Notes under the pieces: model-generated
What the model saw: the letters and a program-made list of their open reading frames with translations, nothing else
Database searches by the model: none
What the model was told of the DNA's origin: nothing
In this document: positions 15,668 through 30,418 of the stretch, one piece after another
How positions within the stretch are numbered: the first letter of the stretch is position 1
Layout: every line of letters begins with the position of its first letter
NCBI GenBank assembly: GCA_030704615.1
Contig: CM060731.1
Location: 79,794,001-79,858,000, forward strand
Origin: Takakia lepidozioides
Lineage: Eukaryota; Plantae; Bryophyta
Reading direction: 5' to 3'
Length of the DNA stretch: 64,000 bases
Program-made: the position numbers and the translations under genes

Positions 15668-18600
15668 ATGGTGCGAATGGATCTGTTCCGGTCGGAGGAG
15701 ATGAATTTGGTGCAGCTCATCATCCCCACGGAATCGGGACATGACACGATTACATACTTGGCGGAGCTTGGCCTTCTCCAATTCAAGGACGTGAGTGCCT
15801 TGACTTGAAATTTTGAGAGAGAAATTGTTGCAATAAATGCCATCTATCAATTATTGCTTGTTTGCATCAAGTAAAACCTGTTCATATGACGCAACCATAA
15901 TAATTTTTTATAGCTTTACAGACAGTCCAAGGGCCTTGCTGCCAGTCCTCTCTGTGTGGGAGCAGTAAGTAGGGGGAGCATAAGGACTTCTTTTAATATA
16001 ATGCGTATTAGTCTCGAGGGGTATTGGGGCAATGCATGGTTTTTATTGTTGGCTGGCGCGGGTATCGAACATTGATTTCCAGAGACCTTTGGGGACATCG
16101 CTCCTCCAGGTATTCAAACAGAATTATCCTAACGCCACGAGCCAACCCCTCACCCACCAACCTGGCAACGACTATGTGTAGCTTACAATAAATGGATGAG
16201 CAAAATAAGCTGGCATTGTAGCACCTTAGATGACTAAGGAGCAGTTCGAAATCAGCCTCATTCTCCAGCACGGTACCAATGCCAGTCAATAAATCAGCAT
16301 CAAAGCTGATTACCAGAGTGGCATCAGCTGCGCAGTATCACAATGATAACTTTTGGGTTAGACCCTGATGAGCTAAAACCCTGCAACCAGCTGCTGGAAA
16401 GTATCCCCCTGGATCCGACTATGAAATTGTTCATACCTTGTCTGTGCCCCTTGTGTCTGTGAGTTTTGACAATTCCGAAATTGGAAAACTTTCTGGGTGT
16501 GAATTTGGAGGAAAACTTTGGAATCATATTGATGCTGTGGCAAGAACTTCCATGATTGTAAGGCCAGATCCAGCTTTATTTACACACCTCAAATACAGTA
16601 CTGGATTAATAGGACCCCATTGCCCTGCCTTGCCCCTTTCACTCCGATCTGGGCGGGGGGTTGACAATACTGGGCATTTGTAGTCTGATGAGTACATCTT
16701 TGTCTGGAAAATTGGGCAAATATGTGCACCTTCTATGTGAGATTGCTTTTATGGCTGATGGTGTGTGTGTGTCATGGCAGCTCAATCCAGACAAGAGTCC
16801 GTTTCAGCGAACTTATGCCAACCAGGTATGTTTCTAAGTCCAGACTGAATCAGATGTCTGATTTCTCATCATTCAATCTTGGGAAAACGTGTGGGTTTAT
16901 TGTTGATTGTGGTTTGCAGGTTAAGCGATGTGCAGAGATGGCAAGGAAATTACGATATTTCCAGGATCAAACTGCTAAAGCTGGGCAGATGCCAGCACCA
17001 AGGCCTGCAAGTGACAAAGACATTGATCTTGACGAGCTTGAGGTAACTTGCTTCGGCAAGGATCACAAAATGTGCATGTCCTGTCCAGTAACACTCCCTG
17101 GGTCTTCACACATGGTACTGTTGAGTACCAGAGGGAAGGCTGTGCTGAACAGACTGAAAGTGGATATCCAATTATCACTCAATTGGCATCACTCATTGAC
17201 TATACGTACACTTTGTATTAGGCCTTGGATGTGCCCACTTTCCATGTGAATTAAAGGTACAGGTTTCTGGCTATGTGGCAATAGGTCAAGCTCGGAGAGC
17301 TGGAAACAGAGCTTTTAGAGATCAATGCGAACAGCGAAAAACTGCAGCGTGGCCATAGTGAACTTAAAGAGCTACAGTTTGTGCTACAAAAGGTGATTTT
17401 CTGAATCCTCAGGTGCCACTTGTTAGCCCACTACAAGGGCAAGAAGATTTAGAGCACCCTAATGGTGTGTCATTGTGAAATGAATATTGTCTCATGCAGG
17501 TCAACAAGATATCAATGCATATTGTTGTAGGGTACTTTTAAAGTGGCCCTTCATATTTGACGGACGCTGTTTTAAGTTGCCCTTCTTATGACAGCTGGTT
17601 TCATATAGTGTCCTTCGTAAAGACGGGATTGTATTGGACCCCACTTTTTCATTTGCAGGGCAACTTTTTGCCATGGCCTGGTTTGAAGGGCAAGAAGGGC
17701 GTCAAAATTAACCATTGATGTGGATGTTGGCAAAAGGTTTCCCAATTTGCAGAGTTGTTCAAGTGTACAAATTGTTATGTGTGTCCCTAGGCTGGGGCTT
17801 TTTTCAGTTCAGCACGGAATGTGGCAAACATTCAGCAAAGGAGGGCGGAACTGGAAGAGTCCTTGGTGGAAGGGGAAGACATCGACCATCCCCTTCTTTT
17901 TGAGCAGGTACCATATATTGTTCTTGCCCGTCACTGTATGTATTATTTGTATTGACAATGCACATACTTCCTTGTGGACCTCAAGTCTCTACAAAATTGA
18001 TTGAAGTGTAGACCTTGCCAGCATATTTGCATTCACAGACCGTTTGATGTGAATGTTAACTCGAAGGCATAGTTCTTGTAGACAAACCCTGCCGGATCCT
18101 GTCATGGGGTTTTAAGCTATCATGACTGAAATTGGGCCTAAAACTGCAACAGCGGTTGTAACAACTCAGGACAATCTGGTAGCAGGAGATTAAGGGACGT
18201 TTAAAGAGTTGGTCTTATCGTCTTAATAAAAATTGCCATTTAAAATTCTGGCACTGCTACCTTGGTCCTAAAACTCAACACACATATTGTAGTATGTGGC
18301 TATGGTGCACGGCCAGTCACCTGCAGAGAGAAAAGCACAGAAGGTAGTCCCCTCCCTCTGCTAGATGTGACACATATACCCAGTAAACGAAGAGAGAGGG
18401 AGGGACTGGGACTAAGGGGAGGGGGATGTTGCAGGAGATGCAAACAGATCCAGGCAAGCAAGTCAGGCTTGGGTTCATGACAGGTCTCGTGCCTGCGGCA
18501 AAGGCTCCGCTTTTTGAGCGCATCCTCTTTCGAGCTACCCGTGGTAACATGCTCCTCAAACAAGCCCCTGTTGACCAGCCTATCATGGATCCTGCCACTG

Positions 18601-21600
18601 GTGAAAAGGTGGGTTATTTCCTTCTATTCTTTCCAGGTACTTCATGTGGGGTTTCAATCAACATTCTCTGCTGGATGTTTGAGAGTTAGTCAAATGTGAG
18701 GAAGATTTCTGCTTGCAGGTCTCCGGATTTTTTGGCAGGCAATTTGAGAGCATCAAATCTTGTGTGTAGAACCTGAGAAGGACATTGAAGTATTCTTCAC
18801 TCATTTATGTAAGTATATCATAAAACGTATGCCATATGTTGATTTGTTGGACTAATTTGTGTGGCAATTCTTATTTATCTGGCAGATTGAGAAAATTGTG
18901 TTTGTTGTGTTCTTTGCTGGAGAGCGTGCGCGCACAAAGATCATGAAGATATGTGAGGCATTTGGAGCCAATCGCTATCCGTTTCCTGAGGAGATCAACC
19001 GACAGCGCCAGATGCAAAGTGAAGTATGGCCTGGGGCACAAGCTCCTGTAAAAGTTCTGCCTGCTAATTCATTGTCAGGAGGAATGTCATTGCGTAGCGG
19101 CACTTGAATTTTTGATATCTGTTTTTGGGTGCAGGTGATGGCGAGGTTGTCAGAGCTCCAAGCCACACTGGATGCAGGCATCCGACACCGTGACAACGTC
19201 TTAACCAACATTGGCTACAATCTGGAGGAGTGGACAGTCATGGTAGCATCTCTCTTACTACAGTACGTTTGTTGTCACGATTCTGTGTTTTTTGAGAGAG
19301 GGGGGGAAACAAGCTGTTGTTTGTGGTCAAACACATCAAGGTCTCACTAGGCTCAGCTCCAGGTCTAATCTACTCCTTATTGCTTGTATGTGTTGGGTGC
19401 AGGTAAGGAGAGAGAAAGCAGTGTATCACACATTAAACATGCTTAGTATGGATGTGACTCGCAAGTGCCTCATTGCTGAGGGCTGGTGCCCTGTTACTGC
19501 CAAGGCCAAGGTGCTGCTTTACAAGTCCTTTTACCATCTGATGTTCTGTATTCCCACTACTTGGGGTTAATTATCCATATTGGTTATGCAATGAATTCCT
19601 GTGTGGCTGTTACGTCTCAGTAAACTTATCTCAACTCTACTTATCTCTGCTGTAAGGGTAGGCTATATTTGGAGTGCTCCTTTTTCACCTTATCTTGAAT
19701 GCTGGTAGGAACTGCTATAGGTAATGTGGGACCAGGGTGATGGTTGAATTCTTCAAAGGTTGAGGGCGCATCTGTGGTGTGCGTTCAAGTGCTCTTGTAA
19801 TATCACTTCTCTGGTTAAAGTACTCAGGGAGAATAAATTATCAAATAACCCTACACTTTTCATTGTGTGGCCTCTATTAACAGCTAATTGTTCCTTGAGG
19901 AGCGGTTTTGCAAATACAAGGTGTCTGGATTCTAGGACTGTTCCTCAGTCAATGCATTATAATGGATGCGACATGGGAGGGTGAGCAGATACAGGATGCC
20001 ATCCAGAGGGCTTCATATGACAGCAATTCACAGGTCAATACCATCTTCCAGGTTCTGCACACCAAGGATTCGCCCCCCACGTTTTTTGAAACCAACAAGT
20101 TCACGGGTGCATTCCAAGCGATTGTGGATGCGTATGGGTGAGTGAATGTTTTCACCATGGGTACCACAGGTTCTGAAACCGAAAAATGAAATGTCTGGAC
20201 ATACCTTCTTACCATCTCTAAGTACAATCTACCCACTCTCGGCACTAGACTGAAATCTAAACTCAGGGCGGGTAATTTCTAAATTGAAAAATCGGGACCG
20301 CCAGCCGTGGCGGTTCTGATTTTCCGGTTTAAATACTAAAATAAAAAAATCGAGACTGCCAGCACTCACGGTCCCGATCTTCCGATTCAATTTCTAAATT
20401 GAAAAATCGAGAGTCGGGACCGCCAGCGGTGGCGGTCTTGATTTTTCAATGTAAATTTTGAACAGCAAACAGAAGCAGAGAGGAAAGGGAGAGTGCAATT
20501 GCCCGTTGTGTGGGCAACCTGAAGACAATATTCATTTTCGGATTCATTGTCCGGGTTCTCTCACCAGAGAGACGCTCTCTTAAAATCTATCAAGGGAATT
20601 GTGCCTGTACCTCTGTTTACCAACTTTGAAAAGTCTCGAGGCTGAGCCAAAAGCGCAGGCCCTTTTGGGGCCTAGTTATTGGGCAAACCACACACAGCAG
20701 GTTGATGCTTGTGTAAAGGGATTTCTAGAGGATACCTGGAAAGCCCGGATCAATGGTCTCTTCCAAGGTAAGTCTTGCTACCGGTGTCAGCCCCTGACAA
20801 AGGTAGGTTATGTCCCTTTGTGTTCCGCTCAAACTGGGCGCGGGGTCGATGGCCACAACGCTACGGCAAACAACGTCTTATGAGTACATTATAAGTACAC
20901 TTTGAAAAAAAAGACCATACTAGAATGCTGCTAACCAATTTAAAGTGGTTTGTGGCTGTAAGGAGTTTGAGATACTAAGGTAGGGTGGGGTCAAGGGAGT
21001 TTCATTGGTAGCTTGTGGGTCTTGCAGGTGATGCAAGGGGAGCAAACCACCCCACACTTTCCTTTTTTTGAGAGACGGGAGGCTGGCGGCATATAAGCTG
21101 CATCAACCAAACTTAATTCAGCTAGTTGAAAGATGTAGGCTAGTCATTGAACTATCATTACCCACATCTAGGCCATGTGTGGGAGCGAATAGGATGGAGG
21201 CGGTCTCTCTCTGTTAGCCCATGCTTTGTCCATGGCTGAGTGGGTAGTGCTGGTTGGGGAGTTGCCCATGCAGGGTGGGTCGGTACCAGGAGGCGAATCC
21301 TGGCTGTTTTACTATAGTAACTTTCCCTTTTCTATTTGCGGTTATGTTTGGTGATTGGGGCCACGGGATTGCGCTGCTGCTGGTGTCTCTATATCTCATC
21401 ATAAATGAAAGGAAACTTGGGAGTAAGGTTAGTAATGCTCACTTATAGAGAGAACGCTCTTGCAGTTTAAACCTCGCTTTCTAGACTTTGGTGACCCTTG
21501 CATCAACTATCTTTTCAGTTTGATATGCTGCTGGTGGGCTCTGGGTGGTCTATGTTACATTTATTTGTTCTGCTATTTTAGCTCTCCTCTCTCTCACTCA

Positions 21601-24600
21601 CATATAGTCACTATACCCAAGAGATGTGCTGGGAAAGATTCATCCCTGGCAGTTGTGTATGTTGGTGTGAAGACAGAAACTGGGCGACATTATGGAGATG
21701 GCATTTGGAGGTCGATACATCATTTTATTGATGTCTATCTTCTCCATATATACGGGACTCATCTACAATGAGTTCTTCTCGGTCCCATTCCATTTATTTG
21801 GAGAATCGGCTTATCGATGCCGATACCCCAATGATTGCAGGTAACTGCCATTGCAGGTCTGTGATTAGTTGAATTTCTGGAGCTCAGTATAGAGGTACAA
21901 ATTTTCCCATGAATCGATCTTAGCATGCTAAGTACTCGAGTCAATAGTCCCATTCAGTTTAGTGTTCATAGAAGAGACTTAGTTTTTACAGTTCAGGACA
22001 TGGGTTAATTTTCCAGGTTGATCTGAGTCACAACTCTTAAACTGGGAGATGCTTAAAACAGTAATTGGACGGAACCCATTTCTGCTTGGCATGTGTCAGT
22101 TTGATTGTTTGTCTGCTCAAACTAAATCGAATTTTTTGAGGTTCTGACAAGAGAAGCAACTTGCTGACCAGAATGGGAATAGCAAAGGAGAGTAACTAAC
22201 TGTATAACTAAAAGATTTGAAGTCATGAGCAAGTGCTGCCTCTATGTGCATATGATAGTCATCTTACATATATTTGCCATTTATACTTGGTATTATGGAT
22301 GAGATGTCGCACATCGTGAAAGTGGAAATTGAGCTGACTCTATTGCCTTACACCTTATGTTCACGTAGTCGTGGGGGTGAAATCTTCTAGAGACTCGACA
22401 ACAAAGGGATTGGTCAAATGGTCAGCAGCCCCTTACCCATTTGGCGTTGATCCTGCGTGGCATGGGTCACGGTCAGAGCTGCCCTTTCTCAATTCATTGA
22501 AAATGAAAATGTCGATTCTGATGGGGATCTCGCAAATGAACCTCGGCATTCTTCTCAGTTGGTACAATGCCAAGTTTTTCCACAGCAAACTTGACATTTG
22601 GTGAGCAAGATCTTCTCTTTTAAGTAGAAGTGCACTATCTCAACAGTGCTATTTGCAGATAGGACCATATTCTCTGATGTACCAGACCTCAAGGTCTTCT
22701 GTATCTGTACTTCTGGTTTATCCCTCTGGCTTGGTGTGTATATCTAACTGTGTTGAAATTTAATCTGTCTGTCTAGTTCTGTGACAATGTTACTCTTAAT
22801 TTTATGCTCAATCCCCACGTATGGCTGTGCACAGTTGCTATGGCAATGTGGGGGCTGGTCTTACCCCACAACATGGTCCAGGAGAGTTTTTATCCTCTTA
22901 GGAGTTAACCCTCAAGGCTATGTTCACTAACAAGATGCCCAAATATGTCTCTTGAGTTTCTGGTCACAAACTACCATACCTGTGTAATGAGAAAGCATTA
23001 CACTTATCTCTCTCACTAATGCTTTTTTCCGTCCCATATGAGGATGTTACTTCTCTCTCTCTCTCTCCCATTGTTCCGCCCAAACTGGACATGGGCCCTA
23101 TGGCCACAAGGCTACAGCAATCGTCTTAGAGTATATTATCTCTCTCTCCACACTCCCTTTTGCACACAATGACGAGCAGTGAGATGGCAGCCACATGTGT
23201 CTACAATGTCAATGCTGGCTCCTAACATCAACACATACTTCCATGTGATTTAATTTATTTTGGCTCTGCACAAAAGATATGCCAAATGCTGGCTGAGTTT
23301 CTACTGAGGTTCATACTGAGGTTCAGTAGTAACTAGGGTACGCCATAGCTAAAGGTCAGAGTGGATGGTGTAAACCCTAGAAGCAAGAACTGATCAGTTT
23401 CACCAATGTTTTGCAGGTATCAGTTTGTGCCCCAGCTTCTCTTTCTGAATGCTTTGTTTGGGTATCTATCGATGCTTATTATCGTAAAGTGGTGCCAGGG
23501 ATCTAAGTCCGATCTCTACCATGTTATGATCTATATGTTTTTGAGCCCCATGGATGATCTTGGGGAAAACCAACTTTTCTGGGGCCAGTCATTCTTCCAG
23601 GTACAAGATGCTGGGGACAAATTCAAGTCTAGAACATTCATTTGACAATCTCAATTGCATTAGTACTACTCCATAATGGGTCTCATGTGGGCACCGACCT
23701 GCTGCTGGTTCTGGCTCGGTAGTGCCCTCATATTTGGACCCGAGTTTTTATAACTTGGTTCTGGGTAGTTCTACCATCCCAAGCCAGCCTGCTGCACTGG
23801 CTTGGGATTGCTCTATGTTGCATGCAATAGGCTAGCTTTTTGTCCAGGTTCGAGGTTTTGAGCATGTTTTACCAGAGTGTGCCTCCCGGTATTGCTCTTG
23901 AACGCAGTATATTCCCAATTCCACTAGGCTACGTCAAACAGCGTCTCATGAGCATATATTCCCCAATTCCTTGACCAATGGGATGTTGTTAGTGCTAGAG
24001 TTAGGTCAGTTCCTACAGAGACAATGCCCAACTGCATCATCACCCATAGGCTGCATGCAAGCTATGATACTGGTCTGATTTGAAAAGCAGGACATAGATG
24101 AGTAGTACCATGGGAGAGGTTTGTGAGGGCTGAAGATTTAAGTTGTGGTTTTGCTGGCAGATACTGTTGTTGTTGACAGCATTGGTGGCAGTGCCATGGA
24201 TGCTTTTCCCAAAGCCCTTAAAATTGCGGAAGCAGCACCGCCTGGTGGGTTTGTGGCCATTCTACTACATTCGTTACTGTGCACGTGATTCTCGACAAGC
24301 ATGGGGCTCATTTCTCTCTTTCTTTGTGTCTTTTGCTCGATACTGAAAACCCCATGCACATCACCAGTATGTGATCAGTATTGCCATGTGGGGTTGTGTT
24401 TGATATCCTGGCGACTCTGGGAGTGTTAGTATCCTGCAGGACTATTGCTGTCTTTGAATGAAACTTCACAAGGAACGGAGGGGACTATGGATCATATAAT
24501 TGCCTAGGGGACTGAAGTTTGTGTCGCAAAGAGTTTTTGGACATAAGATATGACATGCATTCTTATGCATGGCAGATTACCTCATCTTTACTTACTGTTG

Positions 24601-25523
24601 TTTGCTTGTTAACAGAAGATGCAAGGGCGGGCATATGGGGTGCTGGGAGGCTCTGATACTGATTCAGTTGACCTGGAGCATGAGCATGAGCACGAGCACG
24701 AGCAGGAGGCAGATGATTTTGATTTTGGCGAAATCCTTGTACATCAAATGATCCACACCATAGAGTTTGTTTTAGGTGCAGTCTCCAATACTGCTTCCTA
24801 TTTGCGTTTGTGGGCTCTCAGGTATTAGCCTTCCTTCTATTCCTATCTGTCTGTGTTGATAAAGTGCCTGCGGCTGCTTTGTGCATGTTCGTAGTTTGTC
24901 ATCAGGCAGAACCTTCAGGTTGTTGTGCTGCCTCCATGCCTTTCTGATTGTTGTCAGGGGAAAGCGTACAAAATGTGTCCAGTGTATTATAGTCACTAAG
25001 AAGGCCCTCTTGATTTGGAGGATATGCCCACTTTATGGGATTTCTTTGTCCAGATTTCAGTTTTCAATGGAGCTAGTGCCACCTCAGTGACTAACGGAGT
25101 TTCAAGATGCACTGCTTTGTGATTGCAGTTTGGCGCATGCGCAACTGTCAGCTGTATTCTATGAGAGAGTTCTCTTACTTGCATGGGGGTGAGTTCATTG
25201 CTGGTTCTCTATTTTTGATCTATTTTATTCCCTGGCACCATGGTGAGGGGGAATTTGAACCAGATTTTTTGCATGGAAATACTCAGTGATGTTACTTGTT
25301 TTGGGTGGATGTCAGGTATTCAAATCCTATTATAAGGGGTTTTGGACTAGTTATGTTTGCAGCTGCCACTATCGCGGTATTACTGCTCATGGAATCCCTC
25401 AGTGCTTTCTTGCACGCACTGAGGCTACACTGGGTAGAGTTTCAAAACAAGTTTTACCAAGGGGATGGCTACAAGTTCCACCCCTTTTCTTTCAAAACTC
25501 TATTGCAAGAGGATGATATCTAG
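15668..25523 (+). CDS. VHA-a: V-type proton ATPase subunit a, 18 exons: 15668-15790, 16781-16825, 16920-17042, 17285-17392, 17791-17907, 18435-18608, 18886-19023, 19135-19242, 19403-19510, 19989-20137, 21274-21427, 21677-21840, 22391-22600, 23417-23600, 24161-24244, 24616-24821, 25129-25188, 25316-25523
   Basis: [50 protein letters not shown]...[68 protein letters not shown]; GT-AG introns with consistent phases; telo-box AAACCCTAA at ~15636. Confidence 0.97.
20170..20887 (+). mobile_element. LINE 3' fragment in VHA-a intron 10 (same family as 37940-39634)
   Basis: [13 protein letters not shown] zinc finger and co-linear similarity to 39180-39634, ending in GGCCACAACGCTACGG...CGTCTTATGAGTAC. 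Confidence 0.75.
20274..20455. repeat. Three ~58-65-bp tandem units, each an internal palindrome
   Basis: Units start aatttctaaattgaaaaatcg at 20274 and 20389 (diverged middle copy at ~20332), each with core aaaatcgggaccgcca-N4-tggcggt(t/c)(c/t)(t/c)gatttt. Confidence 0.75.
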
Positions 25524-27589
25524 TTACTTTCTTCACGGTTCAGAAATGTAGAGATTTATACAGGCTGAAGCAAACCTTAGACCAAACTAAAGATTGCTGT
25601 TTGATTAGATTTTATGACTCATCCCAGAATCAACATCGTATAGCAGTGCAGTGCACTTGGATTAGTCAAGGATGCCAAGCAAATTTCAGCCACTTTCTGA
25701 CACCATCAGGATAATAGTTAGCAGAGGTCCATCTTTATCAGGGTAGGTGATTCGGTCTTTTCAGTACCAGCAGAACTGTGATAGTTTCTTGAACAAAATA
25801 CGATGGGACCCAAAAGCTGTGATGAAGAATGCCTGTGGGACAAATGTCCAAAGGAGATGCATAAGGTTTGTGCATGTGGTTTAGTGATTACCTGGTTTTT
25901 TTTCCACTTTCAGGCCCATTGGCAATGTGATTAGGAACTGATTCGGTTGTGCACATAAGTGAGCAATCACCCAATGGGCCTTATATCCAACCCAACGTCA
26001 ATGGATGACAGTTGTTTTGAAGTGTTGTAGGAGCTTCAGCTTGTGCATCCTTGATTATGCCTATTTGAACTATCCAGAATATTTTAATTGAAACTATTCA
26101 CTGAGTATGGGGGGATTACATCAGGGCCGCGCCTTCAACCACTCCATTATATGGAGAAAAATTGAGATGTAGCAAATATATGGACTACATTCAAATGTCA
26201 ATCTACAGTGTTTCACACAAACCATTAAACACAGAGGTGATACTGGCTGGGGGAAAGAGTTAGACATAAATAGAAAGTTGCTGTGCATAATATAACACTG
26301 CTGACTCCACAAATTTGCAAGCTCGGAGTTACATCTGCCCAAAATTCTCCTGTGGCCCTTCATTTTCATTCTTGCCCTGTCCATGTCAAACCTACTTCCC
26401 TAATAACCTTCAGGGACTTGCCTACTGATTGATCCATCTGCCCTGCATGGAGCAATATGCTCTGTAAATTGCTGTACTCTTTTTCTTTCCTTCTTTCAGG
26501 TCTTCCCAATCCAATATTTACAGTCACTATCAGCTAGCAAAATCACATCCAAGAAATTTTGTGCAGAGTCCCCCACCGGCCTACAACATCATCTTGCGGA
26601 AAGCAGCCATAGCTTGAACTTCAAAGTCAGGCCATGATAAATTCGCATGAGTACATATGTTCCACAAAGGAGTCACAGAAAGAGCCCAGCTCTTGGGCAA
26701 TCTCATTCACCACTTCATCCACAAAACTATCCGCCAACCTGTTCAAACATTGCCACATGTCATGACATTAATCATCAACTATTGTTACAAACCAATGTTC
26801 AAGAACAACATGCTAAATCGTCATGCTTAAGTGGTCTTCTAAGGTAAAGGGGACATCAATGTAAGCTGATATTTACAGTAGCTTTCATAGCTCCATTCTC
26901 TATCCTACCGTACTCAAAAGCCTCATAGTCTCATTGTTCAGTTGTGGGGATGGCCTACCCTTCCACCCTTCGCCTGTGTACTCGACTTGCTTGCTTGCGT
27001 TCTTGTCCAGAGGCACCCTTGTCTGCTGTCTGTCGCTCTTTGGGGTCAGGCATGCCTGTAATACTTGTAGTGGCCCTCTTTCCACCTTTGAAGCCCTTCA
27101 CCTTCTCTTTTCCACCTCTGCTCATGAAAGGAAGGGATCAGGTTTGATAGCCTAGAAGCTTATGCAAGCATAGAAATGTGCCCTTTGATAGATATGGAAA
27201 AGAAATCAATTACATCTCATGCGTTTGGATGCTCTCTTGACTACGTGAACGAAATCCATGTATAGATCAAAACGTGGAATATAGCATGTAGAAAGATGGG
27301 GAGGTGTCTTACCTTGCCAGTGTTGTTGGTGTGCTGTGCCTTTGGCCTGCAAAAAAGGTTGAAGTAGGGCAATGTGGAAACTTCCTAAGATGAACTGAAC
27401 ATGCTTCAGGCTCAAAGAAATAAAATGAATTGCAAACATGGAAATTCGGCAATGTAAAAAGTTCTAATTAAGGCTTTCTTCGGGGGTAATTCTGGACATT
27501 TTCAGGTGAAGTACAACACACTGAATGGTGGTCTTACTTTGGAAATTTTAGATTTACCACACTAAATTAGCAAAAAAATAGCTGTATAC

Positions 27590-30418
27590 CCATCACGTCT
27601 GGGGGGACTGTTTTCCGCTCAGATCTGCCAACTCTTCCAAATTGCACAGCTGGCAGATTTTTTGAAGATGATTGCAAGCCAATATCATGAGGTACCCCAT
27701 TTGTCACCATGGAAGATGGGATGTGATCTTTCTTCCAATTGACAGCAGTTGTTGTGTAGCATGTTGTTTTCCGATGGGATTTTCTTGGCGTGTGTACCCC
27801 TACTCGTCTCTCAATAACTTGACATTTTGGAGGGGGATGCAATAATGCTGTCTTAGGTACCCCTGTTGCATCCATGGCATGTGACATCTGATCTATTTTT
27901 AAATCAACAACAGCTGCTGTAATGTGGCCACCAGGTACAGATTTGTCTGTGGTAGGAGTTAGCCACCGATGCTTGAGTTCTTCTTCCTGTGAAACAAGTA
28001 CAAACAAAGAAAAGAACAAAACATCCACCATTTGCTTCCAATCACTCAAATGATTGGTTGTATCAGTTTTAACCATATAGAAACAAACAAACATTCCAAG
28101 CTCACACCCTCTCTCCTTTTCTTAACAAGGCCAAGCAATCTTTAGTAGAAATGATATTGCAGACTGAAGCTTCAGATAGTCCCTCATTTCTTCATGCTTC
28201 TGTTAAAATTTGGCAATTACTGTAATTCAAAATATTGGTTCTATGAGATTTCTGTCATGATGAAAATCTTCAGATTCTTTGCATGGACAATTTCATGGTT
28301 GAAGATCGACATGAGTAAGACAGCATCTTAGTATCCTGACCAGAGGTAACACTAGAAAATCCTACTCAAACCTAGATAGACTTTTGTCTCTTATTTCTCA
28401 CCTCCCTACTGACATACACATAGTGTCTTGTATGAACGGTCCGTTGTCAAACAAAGAAGGGTGTGTGACGTACAAATGTGTGCAATGTGTCCATATATTG
28501 AAGCAACGGCTCAGCCCACCTTTGAAGCTCTTGTGTGCATTCTCCCTCGAAGTCCTTAAGGACCTCTGACTCATGTCCTTCCAGTGCATGTGCTTCATCG
28601 TTAGTAGAAATCTGTTGCACACATCGTGAACATGTGATCAACCTTCATTGGTAATCTTCATCTGGAAACATTTGTAGGTTATCACATTTTATAATGAAGG
28701 AGATTCTTCAAGAGCTCAAACTTGCTGTTCAAAATTAAGGATTCAAAGATGCTTGCAATCTACTAGATGCGTATAGTCACTATAGGCCCTATCAAAACTG
28801 AATCCTGAAATTTGCTTGGCATGGAGACCAGACCCAATACATGACAATAATAATCAAAGCTTGAGATGCTTGAAAACCTGGAGTACATCTGGAATAGCAT
28901 TTTGTTGTGGTTCATTGTCACAAAGAATTGGCACCAGTGAACACTCTGTTTGAATAGCAGCATCCCTACATGCACCTTCACCAAAATAAGTGTTGAGTTA
29001 CCAAATGTGGGAAAATTTGATGAAGGTGATCGATACTTCCAACTTCTCCAATTCTATGGCTGCACACCTTCACCAAATATTCTTTTTGGTGAATTTTCGG
29101 TCATTAGCAATTCTTTGGAATGAGAGCTCGTTCATTCCAAATGTTTCCTATTCAGGAATAATGACTTTTTTGCAACAGCTTCAAGATGAAATGTTGCCTT
29201 CCTATGTCCAAGTCTATAATTCGATGTAAACAGCTTTAGGCAGTGTAGTCATCCGCTGTTACACTGTCGGATTAGAGCTTTTACACAAAGCAAAAGAGCT
29301 CGTACCACTCAGATGTAATTTGGAAGTTGTCTGATTGTCAACTTCAAGGTTTAGCCAAGCAAGGGTGGGCCGGGGCCGGTGACGAGACGAGTCGTCCGAT
29401 CCTGTTGTCTTTATGTGCGGTGCCTCGGGCGAGGAAAACCTAAGCACTCCGTGAAGCCTGCTGTTTCTCTCAGATGCAATCAACTGAAGCACCTGTTTTT
29501 TGAGACTTGTCTGAATCTCAGGAGAAGACAGCCTTTCGTGTTCAGATTCTAAATCAAAGATGGTAAAGATCTGCAAGTAAATTGGTTTCTCAGCAAGAGA
29601 GAACTGAAATGGTCTTTATAACGTCCGCGGAAATCTGAAAAGAGCTTACGGGACAAGAGAAAGCAAGAGAGAAAGAAAAGAAAGACGGACAGGCCAAAGA
29701 AACAAAGCAAACGGATTCTGCTGAGTATATTGATGGCGTTTGAATCCTGAAGGTCAAAGGGCTTGACGTTTTGGAACCAACAATACACAACAAACAATAT
29801 ATGTATGAGCTAATGTTTTGCATTTTACGTCGCTGACAGAGCTCGTGAGACAAGGAAAAAGGAAAGCAACGGTACGCTTGGCCCCAACAGGCAGTCCCAA
29901 CGAAACCATAATACTAAACTTCGAGTTATGGGCTGATAAAAGGAAAGAACTAAAGAAAGAAAAACTAACTTAGGGACGGAGGTAAAGAAATGAAATGTAG
30001 AAAGAAATAAACTTCTTAAACGTCCACAGGGCTACTCGGAGAGAGAGACCTGTTCTGAAAGGGAACTCAAGAGCTCCGGCCTCCCGTCATGCACGACATT
30101 GAGACAGTTAGCGCAAAAAAGTGTCTGTGAACGCCACCCCCCCTCCTCCTGCTTCACAACAAGCCTCCTCGCAGTCTTACCCTTTCTCTTGTTCCTAACC
30201 ACATCCTTCACAAAACCTATACAGCGCGGTGGTGGTGGAGCAAGTACGGCAAGGTCAGGCCTGCATTCACAAAGCCATAAATGGCGATCGATGTCTCGGC
30301 GGGCAAGGGTTGCAACGAATGCAAGTTCTCTGAATCTCCTCTCAATGCTATCATGAACATCCCGCTGCCACTCCAGCACCGTGTGACCTATCATTCTGTC
30401 GATGTCGAGGGGATGCAT
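27590..30418 (-). pseudogene. Spliced gene-like region of unknown function, apparently disrupted
   Basis: Exon-like frames with plausible splice sites: 30418-30050 (donor CAG/GT), acceptor at 29570, 28641-28447 and 27986-27590. The 29570 exon meets in-frame stops (29259), and I recognise no family. Confidence 0.3.

Noticed and set aside
17530-17715. Possible MITE in VHA-a intron 4 (ttgcccttc/gaagggcaa)
   Set aside because: Inverted matches are short, and no clear termini or TSD could be defined.
20274-20455. CRISPR-like repeat array
   Set aside because: Eukaryotic intron, tandem units without unique spacers, no cas genes.
24673-24708. [11 protein letters not shown] repeat in VHA-a
   Set aside because: His/acidic low-complexity loops at this position are usual for subunit a.
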